33,256 bases of DNA from positions 1 through 33,256 of the forward strand of contig CANMHZ010000001.1 of NCBI GenBank assembly GCA_947497635.1, written 5' to 3'. Source of the DNA: Helicobacteraceae bacterium (GTDB lineage: Bacteria > Campylobacterota > Campylobacteria > Campylobacterales > Sulfurimonadaceae). The translations under genes and the position numbers were made by a program. The notes beneath the pieces are model-generated. The model was not told the origin of the DNA, did not search any database, and worked only from the letters and a program-made list of their open reading frames with translations. Shown here one piece after another: positions 8,409 through 16,865 of this stretch; position 1 is the stretch's first letter, and each line of letters opens with the position of its first letter.

Positions 8409-11231
8409 ATGGCAAAAAAAAAGAAAAAAATGATAAAACTCAATCAATCTATCCGCCATTTTTTTGGTGATGAAGGATTTGATGAGGGGATTGAGAGGGT
8501 ACCTACGGATACCCTTATTGCGTTGGCACATACACTGGGGATTTTTGATGGAACGACCAGTAAAGAGGTGCTTGTTAAATCGTTTCGGAGATTATGGTCG
8601 GAGGGGGAAGCAGAAAATCGCTCTCTTATTGTCGATTTTTTTACCCACAATGGTAAAGTCTATCCGAATCCGAAACCACGAGAAAAACCGCATGAGAGAG
8701 AAGAGCGAATCGATGAACTTCTTGAAAACATTAATCTGACTCGTGATGAGCACGTGGCATTGCATGCGGCGTTTGGGGATATTCGTACCCGTAAAATCAC
8801 CCCCGAAAAAGTAGCATCCAAGCTGGAGCATATCCGCTATCTTCAAAAACGGGAGATTTTAGAGAAGGCGGTGGAGGGGAAATTTGATTACGATGACCGT
8901 CTCGAATTTTATGCCTCTATCCGTTACGATGTAGGGGATGAACATTTCAGCAAAATTCATGTTCTCAAAACATCCGCATTGGATAATATACGTCTGCATG
9001 AAGAGAATGTGGATGTTTTAACTCATGAGATTGCTCTCCTCAAAGAGGAATTTACAATTCAAAAACAAACACAAATCAGTGCTTTCCTTGGGTCATTAAA
9101 ACTGGATAATCACCGCTATCTCACCCATGATGAGATTATTACGGCGCTCAAAAGTGCCCCCCCCTCCAATAAAAATATTTTCTTCCCCCTTACAATGGAG
9201 ACGTTGAAACGGGTATTGCCCGCCCACGCTATTGGAATCGAATTTGTAGGGGAGGAATTACTCATTGAGTATCCTCAAGCGATTGCCCTACCTCATCATA
9301 ATGAGCCGTTGTTTCACACGACGCACCTGCAACTGAGCCATTTTGAGATCACTCGTCTGATATGGAGTGAAGAGGATTTGGTATTTGATGAACAGTTCGA
9401 GGTTCAAGGAAAAGAGCTTCGAGAAGTATTCTTGCGAGAACTGGAGGGATTAATAGCGGAGTGTCGTGACCATGCGAAACTGTTAAACCTGAGCGATGCT
9501 AATCTCTATGAAATGGTGTATGAGATTTTACTTCCTCAGCTTACCGAATCGCTTCATATCAGCACCAAAGTAGTGCGTCGGGTACTATTCGCCTTTGATC
9601 GACGAATTGCTAGTGAATTGCTCAAAAAACAGCGACAAGAGTTATTGGCACGAACGGTACGGGATTTTAAAAACCTCTTTCCCCTTGCTCGTTCGCTTCG
9701 GCGTAAGCTTGTCTTACATATCGGACCTACCAATAGTGGTAAAACCTATACGGCGATGGAACAGTTGCGCCGTGGGGGGACAGGATATTATCTTGCCCCT
9801 TTGCGTCTTCTTGCACTTGAGGGGTATGAAGATCTGCGCGACCATGGGATTACTGCTTCCCTCATTACGGGGGAAGAACAGATTGTCGATGAAGATGCGA
9901 CCCATATTAGTTCCACTATCGAAATGCTCAGTTTCGAGACCGAGGTTGATGTGTGTGTGATCGATGAGGTACAGATGATCGGAGATAGAGATCGCGGATG
10001 GGCATGGGCGAATGGAATTATCGGAGCCCCTGCCAAAGTCGTCATTATGACAGGCTCCCCCAACTCTCGTGAAGCTATTGTCGCATTGGCACAGTATTTG
10101 GGTGAACCGTTGGAGATTATCGAATTTGAGCGTAAAAATCCTCTTGAACTATTAACTCACGTTACCTCCATCAACGCGATAGAACCCCAAAGTGCCATTA
10201 TCGCCTTTAGCCGTTCCAATGCGTTGCGTCTCAAACAACAACTTTCGCAAACCTATAAAACAAGTGTGATTTACGGCAATCTCAGCCCTGAAGTACGTCG
10301 CGAAGAGGCCCGCCGTTTCCGAGAGGGGGAGACCGAGATTCTCGTTGCCACCGATGCGATTGCGATGGGGCTTAATCTCCCTATCAAAACACTCCTCTTC
10401 TCCAAGGCTGATAAGTTCGATGGGCAAAGCCAGCGCACCCTCACTGCCAGCGAAATACACCAAATATCGGGACGGGCAGGACGATATGGATTGGAAGAGA
10501 AAGGGTTTGTCGGGGCACTTTCACCTGATGTTCTACGCAAAATTACCCCACTGTTTTCCAAAGAGGCAGAAATTATCAAAATTCCGTTTAATGTCATGGC
10601 AAATTTTGACCACATTCAACTCGTATCGACCATCTTAGAGGAAAAATCGCTCTCGGCTATCCTTCACTTTTTCGTTGATAATATGAAGTTTGAAGGACCA
10701 TTTCGGGCGACGAATTTGGAATCTATGTCTGAAGCTGCGGCGATTGTTGACCGCTATGACCTCGATATGCGCACCAAATACACTCTCTCTACAGCACCTC
10801 TCTCTACGGGATCAATATTGGTAATGGCGGCATTCGAGCGGTACGTTCGGGCATTGGCGCAAGCAAAACCGATTGCTTATATCCCGCCACGCCATTTGGG
10901 GTCACACGCCCAAACAACCGAAGAACTCCAAGAGGCAGAGGATCAGATCAAAGAGATTAGTTTGTATCTATGGCTTTCGTATCGTCTGGGAGAATTCTTT
11001 GTAGATAGTGAAAAGGCTCGTTCGTATCGGGGGGAGCTGAACCGTTTTATCGAAAATTCTCTCAAACAAAGCCATTTCGTCCCCCGTTGCAAAACGTGTG
11101 GAAAACCGCTGGCATTGGGAAGTGAATTTAGTATTTGTCAAAGTTGTTTCTATAATCTTAACCGTGCAAAAGCAAAAATAGCAACGCCTACAAAAGGGTG
11201 GGGTAAATCTTATCCGCCAAAGCGCCCCTAA
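8409..11231 (+). CDS. Suv3-like SF2 RNA/DNA helicase with long N-terminal extension and C-terminal Cys4 motif
   Basis: GPTNSGKT, YLAPLRLLA, LITGEE, STIEM, IDEVQ, RGWAW, IYGNLSPEVR, ATDAIAMGLNL, QISGRAGRYG and YLWLSYR are Suv3 signatures; C-terminal CKTC...CQSC. Confidence 0.9.
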   Translation: MAKKKKKMIKLNQSIRHFFGDEGFDEGIERVPTDTLIALAHTLGIFDGTTSKEVLVKSFRRLWSEGEAENRSLIVDFFTHNGKVYPNPKPREKPHEREERIDELLENINLTRDEHVALHAAFGDIRTRKITPEKVASKLEHIRYLQKREILEKAVEGKFDYDDRLEFYASIRYDVGDEHFSKIHVLKTSALDNIRLHEENVDVLTHEIALLKEEFTIQKQTQISAFLGSLKLDNHRYLTHDEIITALKSAPPSNKNIFFPLTMETLKRVLPAHAIGIEFVGEELLIEYPQAIALPHHNEPLFHTTHLQLSHFEITRLIWSEEDLVFDEQFEVQGKELREVFLRELEGLIAECRDHAKLLNLSDANLYEMVYEILLPQLTESLHISTKVVRRVLFAFDRRIASELLKKQRQELLARTVRDFKNLFPLARSLRRKLVLHIGPTNSGKTYTAMEQLRRGGTGYYLAPLRLLALEGYEDLRDHGITASLITGEEQIVDEDATHISSTIEMLSFETEVDVCVIDEVQMIGDRDRGWAWANGIIGAPAKVVIMTGSPNSREAIVALAQYLGEPLEIIEFERKNPLELLTHVTSINAIEPQSAIIAFSRSNALRLKQQLSQTYKTSVIYGNLSPEVRREEARRFREGETEILVATDAIAMGLNLPIKTLLFSKADKFDGQSQRTLTASEIHQISGRAGRYGLEEKGFVGALSPDVLRKITPLFSKEAEIIKIPFNVMANFDHIQLVSTILEEKSLSAILHFFVDNMKFEGPFRATNLESMSEAAAIVDRYDLDMRTKYTLSTAPLSTGSILVMAAFERYVRALAQAKPIAYIPPRHLGSHAQTTEELQEAEDQIKEISLYLWLSYRLGEFFVDSEKARSYRGELNRFIENSLKQSHFVPRCKTCGKPLALGSEFSICQSCFYNLNRAKAKIATPTKGWGKSYPPKRP

Positions 11232-12220
11232 GCAGGTTCTTTATGCTGCTGCATTCGGATAAAGGCATCGACAAACGTCATATCCAGATGTTGTTGCATT
11301 GTGTCTTTCATGAGATGCAATGCAGCACACGAACCCAATCTATCTTTATAAGAACGCTTGGTTGAAAGGGCATCAAAAACATCACATACACCGATGATTC
11401 GAGCGAATAGGGTGATCTTTTTCCCTCTGATTCCATCGGGATAGCCACTGCCATCAAGCTTTTCATGGTGATGTCTGATCCCATCAAGGATTCGTTTGTC
11501 CTCTATTCCGAGCTTTAATGCGATTTCATATCCATAACTAGGATGGAGTTTCATCAGTTCAAACTCAGCCGTGGTGAGTCTCCCATTTTTATTGGTAATA
11601 GCATGATCAACAAGGCTCTTTCCCAAATCATGCAATAATGCCGCTGTTCCAAGTTCTTCAAGCACTTTTTCTTCCAGCTTCAAAAATGACCCTAAACTTA
11701 GAGAATAAACACATACATTGATTGAATGCGTTTGGGTATAATAATCATACGAGGCAATTTTCATAAGGGATTCTATTGCACGGGAATCACTAAAAATGGT
11801 ACTGATAAAATTATTGACCACTTTTTTCGATTTGGGGACATTTTCAAGAGCTTCGGGATTATCAAACAGCTCATCCACAACAACAGAAGCTTCATGATAA
11901 ATCACCGCTGCTTTTTTCGTAATAGAAATATGAGTATTGTTGGCTACAGATCGGATCGAATCACTGATAAAGCGTTCATAAAGCATTAAATCACTGCGTT
12001 GAATATAAAGGCGTTCGGCTCTATCTATTTTATTTTTCATGACAAGGCTAATGGAATGTTTTTTAGATAAGAACAACTCTTTTTTTGTACTGTAAGGGAC
12101 ATCCTCAAAAAGATCAAATTCCAATATGTCTCCGACATCAATCAGCCATTTTTCAATCTGTAAATGTTCAACGTGCTCTTTAACAGAGATCAGTCGATTA
12201 ATACGGATCTCCTTACGCAT
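11228..12220 (-). CDS. HD-GYP domain c-di-GMP phosphodiesterase
   Basis: YTQTHSINV, LLHDLGK, HHHEKLDGSGYPDG and CDVFDALSTKRSYK motifs. Confidence 0.92.
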   Translation of the reverse strand: MRKEIRINRLISVKEHVEHLQIEKWLIDVGDILEFDLFEDVPYSTKKELFLSKKHSISLVMKNKIDRAERLYIQRSDLMLYERFISDSIRSVANNTHISITKKAAVIYHEASVVVDELFDNPEALENVPKSKKVVNNFISTIFSDSRAIESLMKIASYDYYTQTHSINVCVYSLSLGSFLKLEEKVLEELGTAALLHDLGKSLVDHAITNKNGRLTTAEFELMKLHPSYGYEIALKLGIEDKRILDGIRHHHEKLDGSGYPDGIRGKKITLFARIIGVCDVFDALSTKRSYKDRLGSCAALHLMKDTMQQHLDMTFVDAFIRMQQHKEPA

Positions 12221-12224
12221 ACGT

Positions 12225-12866
12225 TTACTCTATCAAATCAGAGTAATCAAATAGAGCTGGATTCAGAAAAATCTTTTTATCGCGAAGAATAAGTCGCTCA
12301 TCCTTCTTCAATATGGAAGATTCAAATCGACTTTTGATCTTTTTTTTGACCTTATCCTCATATCGTTTAAGCTTTAAAAACGATTTCAAGGAGACCCATT
12401 CGTCGATTTCGATGATTTCAACATTAATAGCATCTTCATTACTATCGGCATTCATGACTTCTTTCATCACAACATCTTCATTCACATGCGATAAAAATTT
12501 CGTTGCCACAAGATGAAGAACACTTCGCAACTGCGCATCCCGTTCTTTATAAATTCGTTCTATCTTACTTCGCTCATCAATCAACATCTGCTCACGTTGG
12601 TCTCTCAATCGTAAAGTCTCTTTTTCAAGCACTTCTACTTTTTCATGAAGACGAAGATTCTCATTTTCAATATACTGCGTATAGCGATTGTCAACTACGG
12701 GAGAAGGAGCCGAGAGAGGAGCCTCCTTTCCGGTAGAAAAAATGACATATTTCACCCCATTTTCAATAACACAATTGAGACTTCCCCTACGGATACGATT
12801 ATGAATCGCCTCTTTGGAAATTTTAAAATACTCCGCAGCATCAACAATTGTTAGTTTTTCCATCAA
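12225..12866 (-). CDS. Putative DNA-binding protein: N-terminal HTH, central coiled coil, possible C-terminal winged-helix
   Basis: LTIVDAAEYFKISKEAIHNRIRRGSL is a MerR/excisionase-type HTH. Heptad-rich IENENLRLHEKVEVLEKETLRLRDQREQML follows. Start is TTG 12866 or ATG 12863. Confidence 0.75.
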   Translation of the reverse strand: MMEKLTIVDAAEYFKISKEAIHNRIRRGSLNCVIENGVKYVIFSTGKEAPLSAPSPVVDNRYTQYIENENLRLHEKVEVLEKETLRLRDQREQMLIDERSKIERIYKERDAQLRSVLHLVATKFLSHVNEDVVMKEVMNADSNEDAINVEIIEIDEWVSLKSFLKLKRYEDKVKKKIKSRFESSILKKDERLILRDKKIFLNPALFDYSDLIE

Positions 12867-12877
12867 GTAGGTTCCTC

Positions 12878-13822
12878 TTATTTCCGTAACATTTGAATAA
12901 ACTTATCCACCAGTTTCATATCCAAATGACCAACCATCTGTTGCTTCATCAAGCTCAATGAGGCGAACGAACTCATAGGATCTTTATACGAACGTTTTGT
13001 GGAGAGGGCATCAAACACATCACATATCCCGATAATCCGAGCGAATTGACTAATTTGATCTCCTTTGAGATTATCAGGGTACCCTCCCCCTTCTATTTTT
13101 TCATGGTGGTGTCGAATTCCACTAAGGATACGTTCATCCGTAATACCCAGCTTTAAAGCAATTTCATGACCCAAAGCAGGATGTTTTTTCATCTCATCAA
13201 ATTCTTCATCACTCAATTTTCCATTTTTATTAATGATTTTAGCGTCAATTTTACTCTTTCCCAAGTCATGCAAGACGGCAGACATCCCCAGAGCTTCGAG
13301 GTCTTTTCCTTTTATCCCTAAAAAAGAACCAAAGCCAAGAGTATAGACACTAACATTGATGGAATGCGTATGCGTATAATAATCGTGCGCGGTAATCTTC
13401 ATCAACGACTTAATGGCACAATCATCATGTAATATAATATAAATAAAATCGTCAACAACGGGTTGAATATTTTTTACATTTTCCAACGACTCTGGATCTT
13501 TAAACATCAAATCAAGGGTTTCGGTCGCTTTTTTGTAGACCAAACTCCCTTTCTCTTCTGTTGGGATATCACTATTTTGAGCGATACTTTGAAGATGGCT
13601 ATCAACATACGCTTGATAACGAAAGGCATCCTCATTATGAACATACAGCTTTTCGACTTCTCGAAGCCTTACCTTCATGTTTCCATCCACGGTACTATCA
13701 CTTTTGAGAAATATACGCATACTTGTTTTGGCTTCATTGGTCAAAAAAAGGTCAAAATCAATACAAGAACCTTCAGTAATAAGTCGCTTATCAATAGCCG
13801 TATACTTTTTTTGACGAATCAC
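12878..13822 (-). CDS. HD-GYP domain c-di-GMP phosphodiesterase (paralogue of 11228-12220)
   Basis: YTHTHSINV, VLHDLGK, HHHEKIEGGGYPDN and CDVFDALSTKRSYK motifs; GTG start. Confidence 0.92.
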   Translation of the reverse strand: MIRQKKYTAIDKRLITEGSCIDFDLFLTNEAKTSMRIFLKSDSTVDGNMKVRLREVEKLYVHNEDAFRYQAYVDSHLQSIAQNSDIPTEEKGSLVYKKATETLDLMFKDPESLENVKNIQPVVDDFIYIILHDDCAIKSLMKITAHDYYTHTHSINVSVYTLGFGSFLGIKGKDLEALGMSAVLHDLGKSKIDAKIINKNGKLSDEEFDEMKKHPALGHEIALKLGITDERILSGIRHHHEKIEGGGYPDNLKGDQISQFARIIGICDVFDALSTKRSYKDPMSSFASLSLMKQQMVGHLDMKLVDKFIQMLRK

Positions 13823-13831
13823 AACAAGCTC

Positions 13832-14329
13832 TTAACGAAAATTTTCAAAAACCACAGGGGCTTCCCATTCCATTGCTTTAATATGAGCCATAATCTTTTG
13901 AAGTTCATCAATCTGTTTCGATTTTACGCGAATATATTCCCCTTCAATAATGGCAGAAGCTTTTGTTTTGAGCGCTTTTATTTCAGCAATGATTTTTTTT
14001 GCCTCTTTCGACTCAATCGTATCGACGATTTTATAAGTTGCCTTACGACTTCCACCGCTTGCATCTTCCGTTTTAAGTTCTTCAAGTGCCTTAGAAGAGA
14101 GTCCGCGCTTAATGAGTTTACCGATGACAATATCTTTGAGTGCATCTAGCTTATTATCACTGGAAGCGACTAAAACGAGTTGTTTCTCTTTTTCGCGGTA
14201 GTTTATTTCGTATGCTACCCCTTTAAAATCGTAACGACCGATAACTTCTTTTTCCGATTGGGCAATCGCGTCTTTAAAAGCTTGAAGGTCAATTTTTGCA
14301 GAGATGTCGAGAGAGTGTTCTGATGCCAT
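13832..14329 (-). CDS. yajQ: YajQ family nucleotide-binding protein (DUF520)
   Basis: SLDISAKIDLQ, RYDFKG, KLIKRGLS, ASGG, IRVKSKQIDELQ and C-terminal FENFR. Confidence 0.93.
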   Translation of the reverse strand: MASEHSLDISAKIDLQAFKDAIAQSEKEVIGRYDFKGVAYEINYREKEKQLVLVASSDNKLDALKDIVIGKLIKRGLSSKALEELKTEDASGGSRKATYKIVDTIESKEAKKIIAEIKALKTKASAIIEGEYIRVKSKQIDELQKIMAHIKAMEWEAPVVFENFR

Positions 14330-14363
14330 ACTAACGTCCTATAAAAAGTTTTTTTAGTGTATT

Positions 14364-14372
14364 AGTATAACA
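14364..14372 (-). promoter_or_regulatory. Extended -10 (TGtTATACT) for the yajQ operon, lying inside a 9-bp inverted repeat
   Basis: Minus strand TGTTATACT lies 34 nt upstream of the yajQ ATG, flanked by TTTTAGTGT (14352-14360) and ACACTAAAA (14372-14380). Confidence 0.6.
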
Positions 14373-14390
14373 CACTAAAACCTTAATGTT

Positions 14391-15098
14391 TTAAAAACTA
14401 ACTCCGCCAAAATCCAAACCACCGCCAAACATTGATGCCATAGCGGGGTCTTGATACCCCATCATCCCACTTTTAGACCGTAACATTCGTATATCTTGCA
14501 CAGGAGCAATGTTTTGAGGGCATACAGGGACACACTCCCCACAAAGGGTGCAATCCCAAATTCCATTGGCTTGAACCGCTGCTATTTTGGCATCACTAGA
14601 GGTTTCACGAGGGTCACTCACATATCGCCATACACGTGTAAGGGAAAATGGGCCAATAAAATCAGGATTTACCGCATAAACGGGACACGCACTGACACAA
14701 GAGGTACACAAGATACAATCACTTTGCGTTTGGATACGTGCCATCTCTTCTTCGCTGATATTCCCCTCTTTCGACCCTTCACCCCACGCTGATGCGCTGC
14801 GATTAAACTTTTCAATAGAACTAGAATCCACCACTAAATCACGCAATACCGTCGCATACCGAATAGGCTCTACCATATCTTCGTTACTAGGCTTGTATTC
14901 GCACATGAGTTGTTCACGCCCATTGACCCGTACAGCACAGCTTCCACAAACACCGCTACGGCATCCGTGAGAGTAAGTGAGCGTCGGGTCAATTTTGGTT
15001 TTAATATGATTGAGAATCGTAAGTAAGGTAACATTTTCAAAATCAACATCATAACTTTGTGGTGTATCACCCCCACTGCGTAAGATATTAATTTTCAT
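14391..15098 (-). CDS. frdB: Fumarate reductase/succinate dehydrogenase iron-sulfur subunit
   Basis: [2Fe-2S] GCRSGVCGSC...C, then CILCTSCVSACP and CTLCGECVPVCP. Start set at ATG 15098 (MKINIL). The frdB versus sdhB label is an inference. Confidence 0.9.
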   Translation of the reverse strand: MKINILRSGGDTPQSYDVDFENVTLLTILNHIKTKIDPTLTYSHGCRSGVCGSCAVRVNGREQLMCEYKPSNEDMVEPIRYATVLRDLVVDSSSIEKFNRSASAWGEGSKEGNISEEEMARIQTQSDCILCTSCVSACPVYAVNPDFIGPFSLTRVWRYVSDPRETSSDAKIAAVQANGIWDCTLCGECVPVCPQNIAPVQDIRMLRSKSGMMGYQDPAMASMFGGGLDFGGVSF

Positions 15099-15196
15099 CA
15101 GTCGCACCACTCTTTCTCATCGTCTTCATCGTCGTCGTAAAAATCATCATTATCTTCATTTTCAATAATGGTATTTATTCCATAAAATCCGCGCAT
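15098..15196 (-). CDS. Small acidic protein, 32 aa (MRGFYGINTIIENEDNDDFYDDDEDDEKEWCD), unannotated
   Basis: ATG preceded by GGGGGAG inside the 3' end of frdA. Its TGA overlaps the frdB ATG (TGATG), it fills the intergenic gap exactly, and 14 of 32 residues are D/E. Confidence 0.6.
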   Translation of the reverse strand: MRGFYGINTIIENEDNDDFYDDDEDDEKEWCD

Positions 15197-16776
15197 AACA
15201 CTCCCCCTTCTCTCCATATAATTGTATGAGTTCCAAACATAACATCATTTCGAGTCGGAATATCTCCTCGATAATGCGCCCCTCTACTCTCATTTCGACG
15301 AATAGCACACACCACGATAATCTCTGCCAATTCCACTTTATTTCCAAACTCGATGAATTCCACCAAATTTGTATTATAAATCTTAGACTTATCCTTCGGA
15401 CCCATAAACGGCAACTCTTTTTGCATTTGGCGAATTGCCCCTAACACCGCTTTGAGTCCCACTTCCTCACGCACTAACCCAACATCGTTATAGAAGATAT
15501 TGGCTAACATCTCCTGTTTTTCGTAAAAATCAATCTCATTGTTAAAAGCCATCACTCCACGAAGAAAATTAGTATCTTTGGCTAATTGACCATTTTCAAG
15601 TGTGGAAACAGGATTTTTACCCCCAAACTCTGCCGCATTTTTTCCGCAATGGCGACCAAACACGACCAGTTCTAACAGCGAATTACCACCCAGTCGGTTT
15701 GCTCCGTGTGTTTTGTGATTGGCACATTCGCCTACTGCAAACAAACCTATAACACTACTCATACACTCGGAATTAACTTCGATTCCTCCCATGCTGTAGT
15801 GGGCGGAGGGCTTGATGGGGATAAGTTCATGGACGGGATCAATCCCTTCATAGATCTGAGCCAATTTTCTCTCTTGTGGGAGTTCATGTGTGATAAACTC
15901 TTCCCCCAAATGGCGAATATCGAGATAGACCGCACCGCTTGAAGCAATCTCATCATGAATCGCGCGAGCAACGACATCACGAGGAGCTAACTCATCCGTA
16001 AAACGCTCTTTATACCCGTTGAGCAAATATCCTCCCGCTCCTCGTGCACTTTCTGAAATCAAAATAGAAGAGTTTTTCAGTGCCGTCGGATGAAACTGGA
16101 TAAATTCCAAATCAGCTAATCTCGCCCCTGCACGAATCGCCACCGCAATCCCATCTCCGCTACTTCCAACCGCATTGGTTGAATGTTTGCCATAAAGGGC
16201 TGCGTATCCACCCGTAGCCAATATCACTGCATCGGCACGGATCTCTTCCACTTCTCCCGTAGGGATATTGAGAAATGTCGCCCCTAACACACGATTCGTC
16301 TCTTTATCGACGATAAGATTGAGTAAAAACCGCTCATTGACAAAGCTAATCTTGGCTTTGAGACACTGGTCATAAAGCGTATGTAAAAGTTTGAGTCCTG
16401 TATAATCTTGGGCATAACACGCCCTAGGAGCACTCGCCCCACCCAAACGTCTGCGAGCAATCTCCCCCGATTCATCACGGCTAAACGGTAACCCCATACT
16501 ATTGCACCAACGCACCGCATCAGGAGCATTTTCACACATAAAAGTAATTTGTTTTTCATCTCCCAATCCTGCACTGGAACGGAGGGTGTCGGCAATATGA
16601 TCCGCTACCGAGTCATCACCCCCCAACACCGCATTCATCCCCCCCTGCGCCATCGAGGTTTGAGAACGAGTCGGAAGGGTTTTGGAGACGACGATGACCT
16701 CTGCCCCAACTTCGTGCGCCGACAATGCACCAACCAACCCTGCACCACCACCGCCGATAATTAATATTTTAGCCAT
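15175..16776 (-). CDS. frdA: Fumarate reductase/succinate dehydrogenase flavoprotein subunit
   Basis: GGGGAG, RSQTSMAQGG, LATGG, QFHPT, ELAPRD, HYSMGGI, HGANRLGGNSL and ESRGAHYR motifs. Start set at ATG 16776 (MAKILII) with AAGGAG RBS. Confidence 0.92.
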   Translation of the reverse strand: MAKILIIGGGGAGLVGALSAHEVGAEVIVVSKTLPTRSQTSMAQGGMNAVLGGDDSVADHIADTLRSSAGLGDEKQITFMCENAPDAVRWCNSMGLPFSRDESGEIARRRLGGASAPRACYAQDYTGLKLLHTLYDQCLKAKISFVNERFLLNLIVDKETNRVLGATFLNIPTGEVEEIRADAVILATGGYAALYGKHSTNAVGSSGDGIAVAIRAGARLADLEFIQFHPTALKNSSILISESARGAGGYLLNGYKERFTDELAPRDVVARAIHDEIASSGAVYLDIRHLGEEFITHELPQERKLAQIYEGIDPVHELIPIKPSAHYSMGGIEVNSECMSSVIGLFAVGECANHKTHGANRLGGNSLLELVVFGRHCGKNAAEFGGKNPVSTLENGQLAKDTNFLRGVMAFNNEIDFYEKQEMLANIFYNDVGLVREEVGLKAVLGAIRQMQKELPFMGPKDKSKIYNTNLVEFIEFGNKVELAEIIVVCAIRRNESRGAHYRGDIPTRNDVMFGTHTIIWREGGVLCADFME

Positions 16777-16799
16777 AAAAAGACTCCTTGAATTGGGTG

Positions 16800-16808
16800 A
16801 TTGTAGCA
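16800..16808 (-). promoter_or_regulatory. Extended -10 for frdA
   Basis: Minus strand TGCTACAAT lies about 24 nt upstream of the ATG; a short inverted repeat TGGGT-N6-ACCCA sits at 16812-16827. Confidence 0.55.
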
Positions 16809-16865
16809 AAATGGGTTTTAGTACCCACTCAAAAAGATTGACTAATTTTTAGGATAAAATATACT

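Noticed and set aside
13463-14149. 228-aa plus-strand ORF
   Set aside because: Antisense shadow of yajQ and the HD-GYP gene, with Phe-rich antisense composition, no RBS and no motif.
15098-15196. Acidic stretch as a frameshifted C-terminal tail of FrdA
   Set aside because: FrdA ends at a plausible length, no convincing slippery site is visible, and the stretch has its own ATG and SD. Disfavoured rather than excluded.
16639-16645. G7 run in frdA as a phase-variation tract
   Set aside because: It encodes the conserved AQGG motif and is short.
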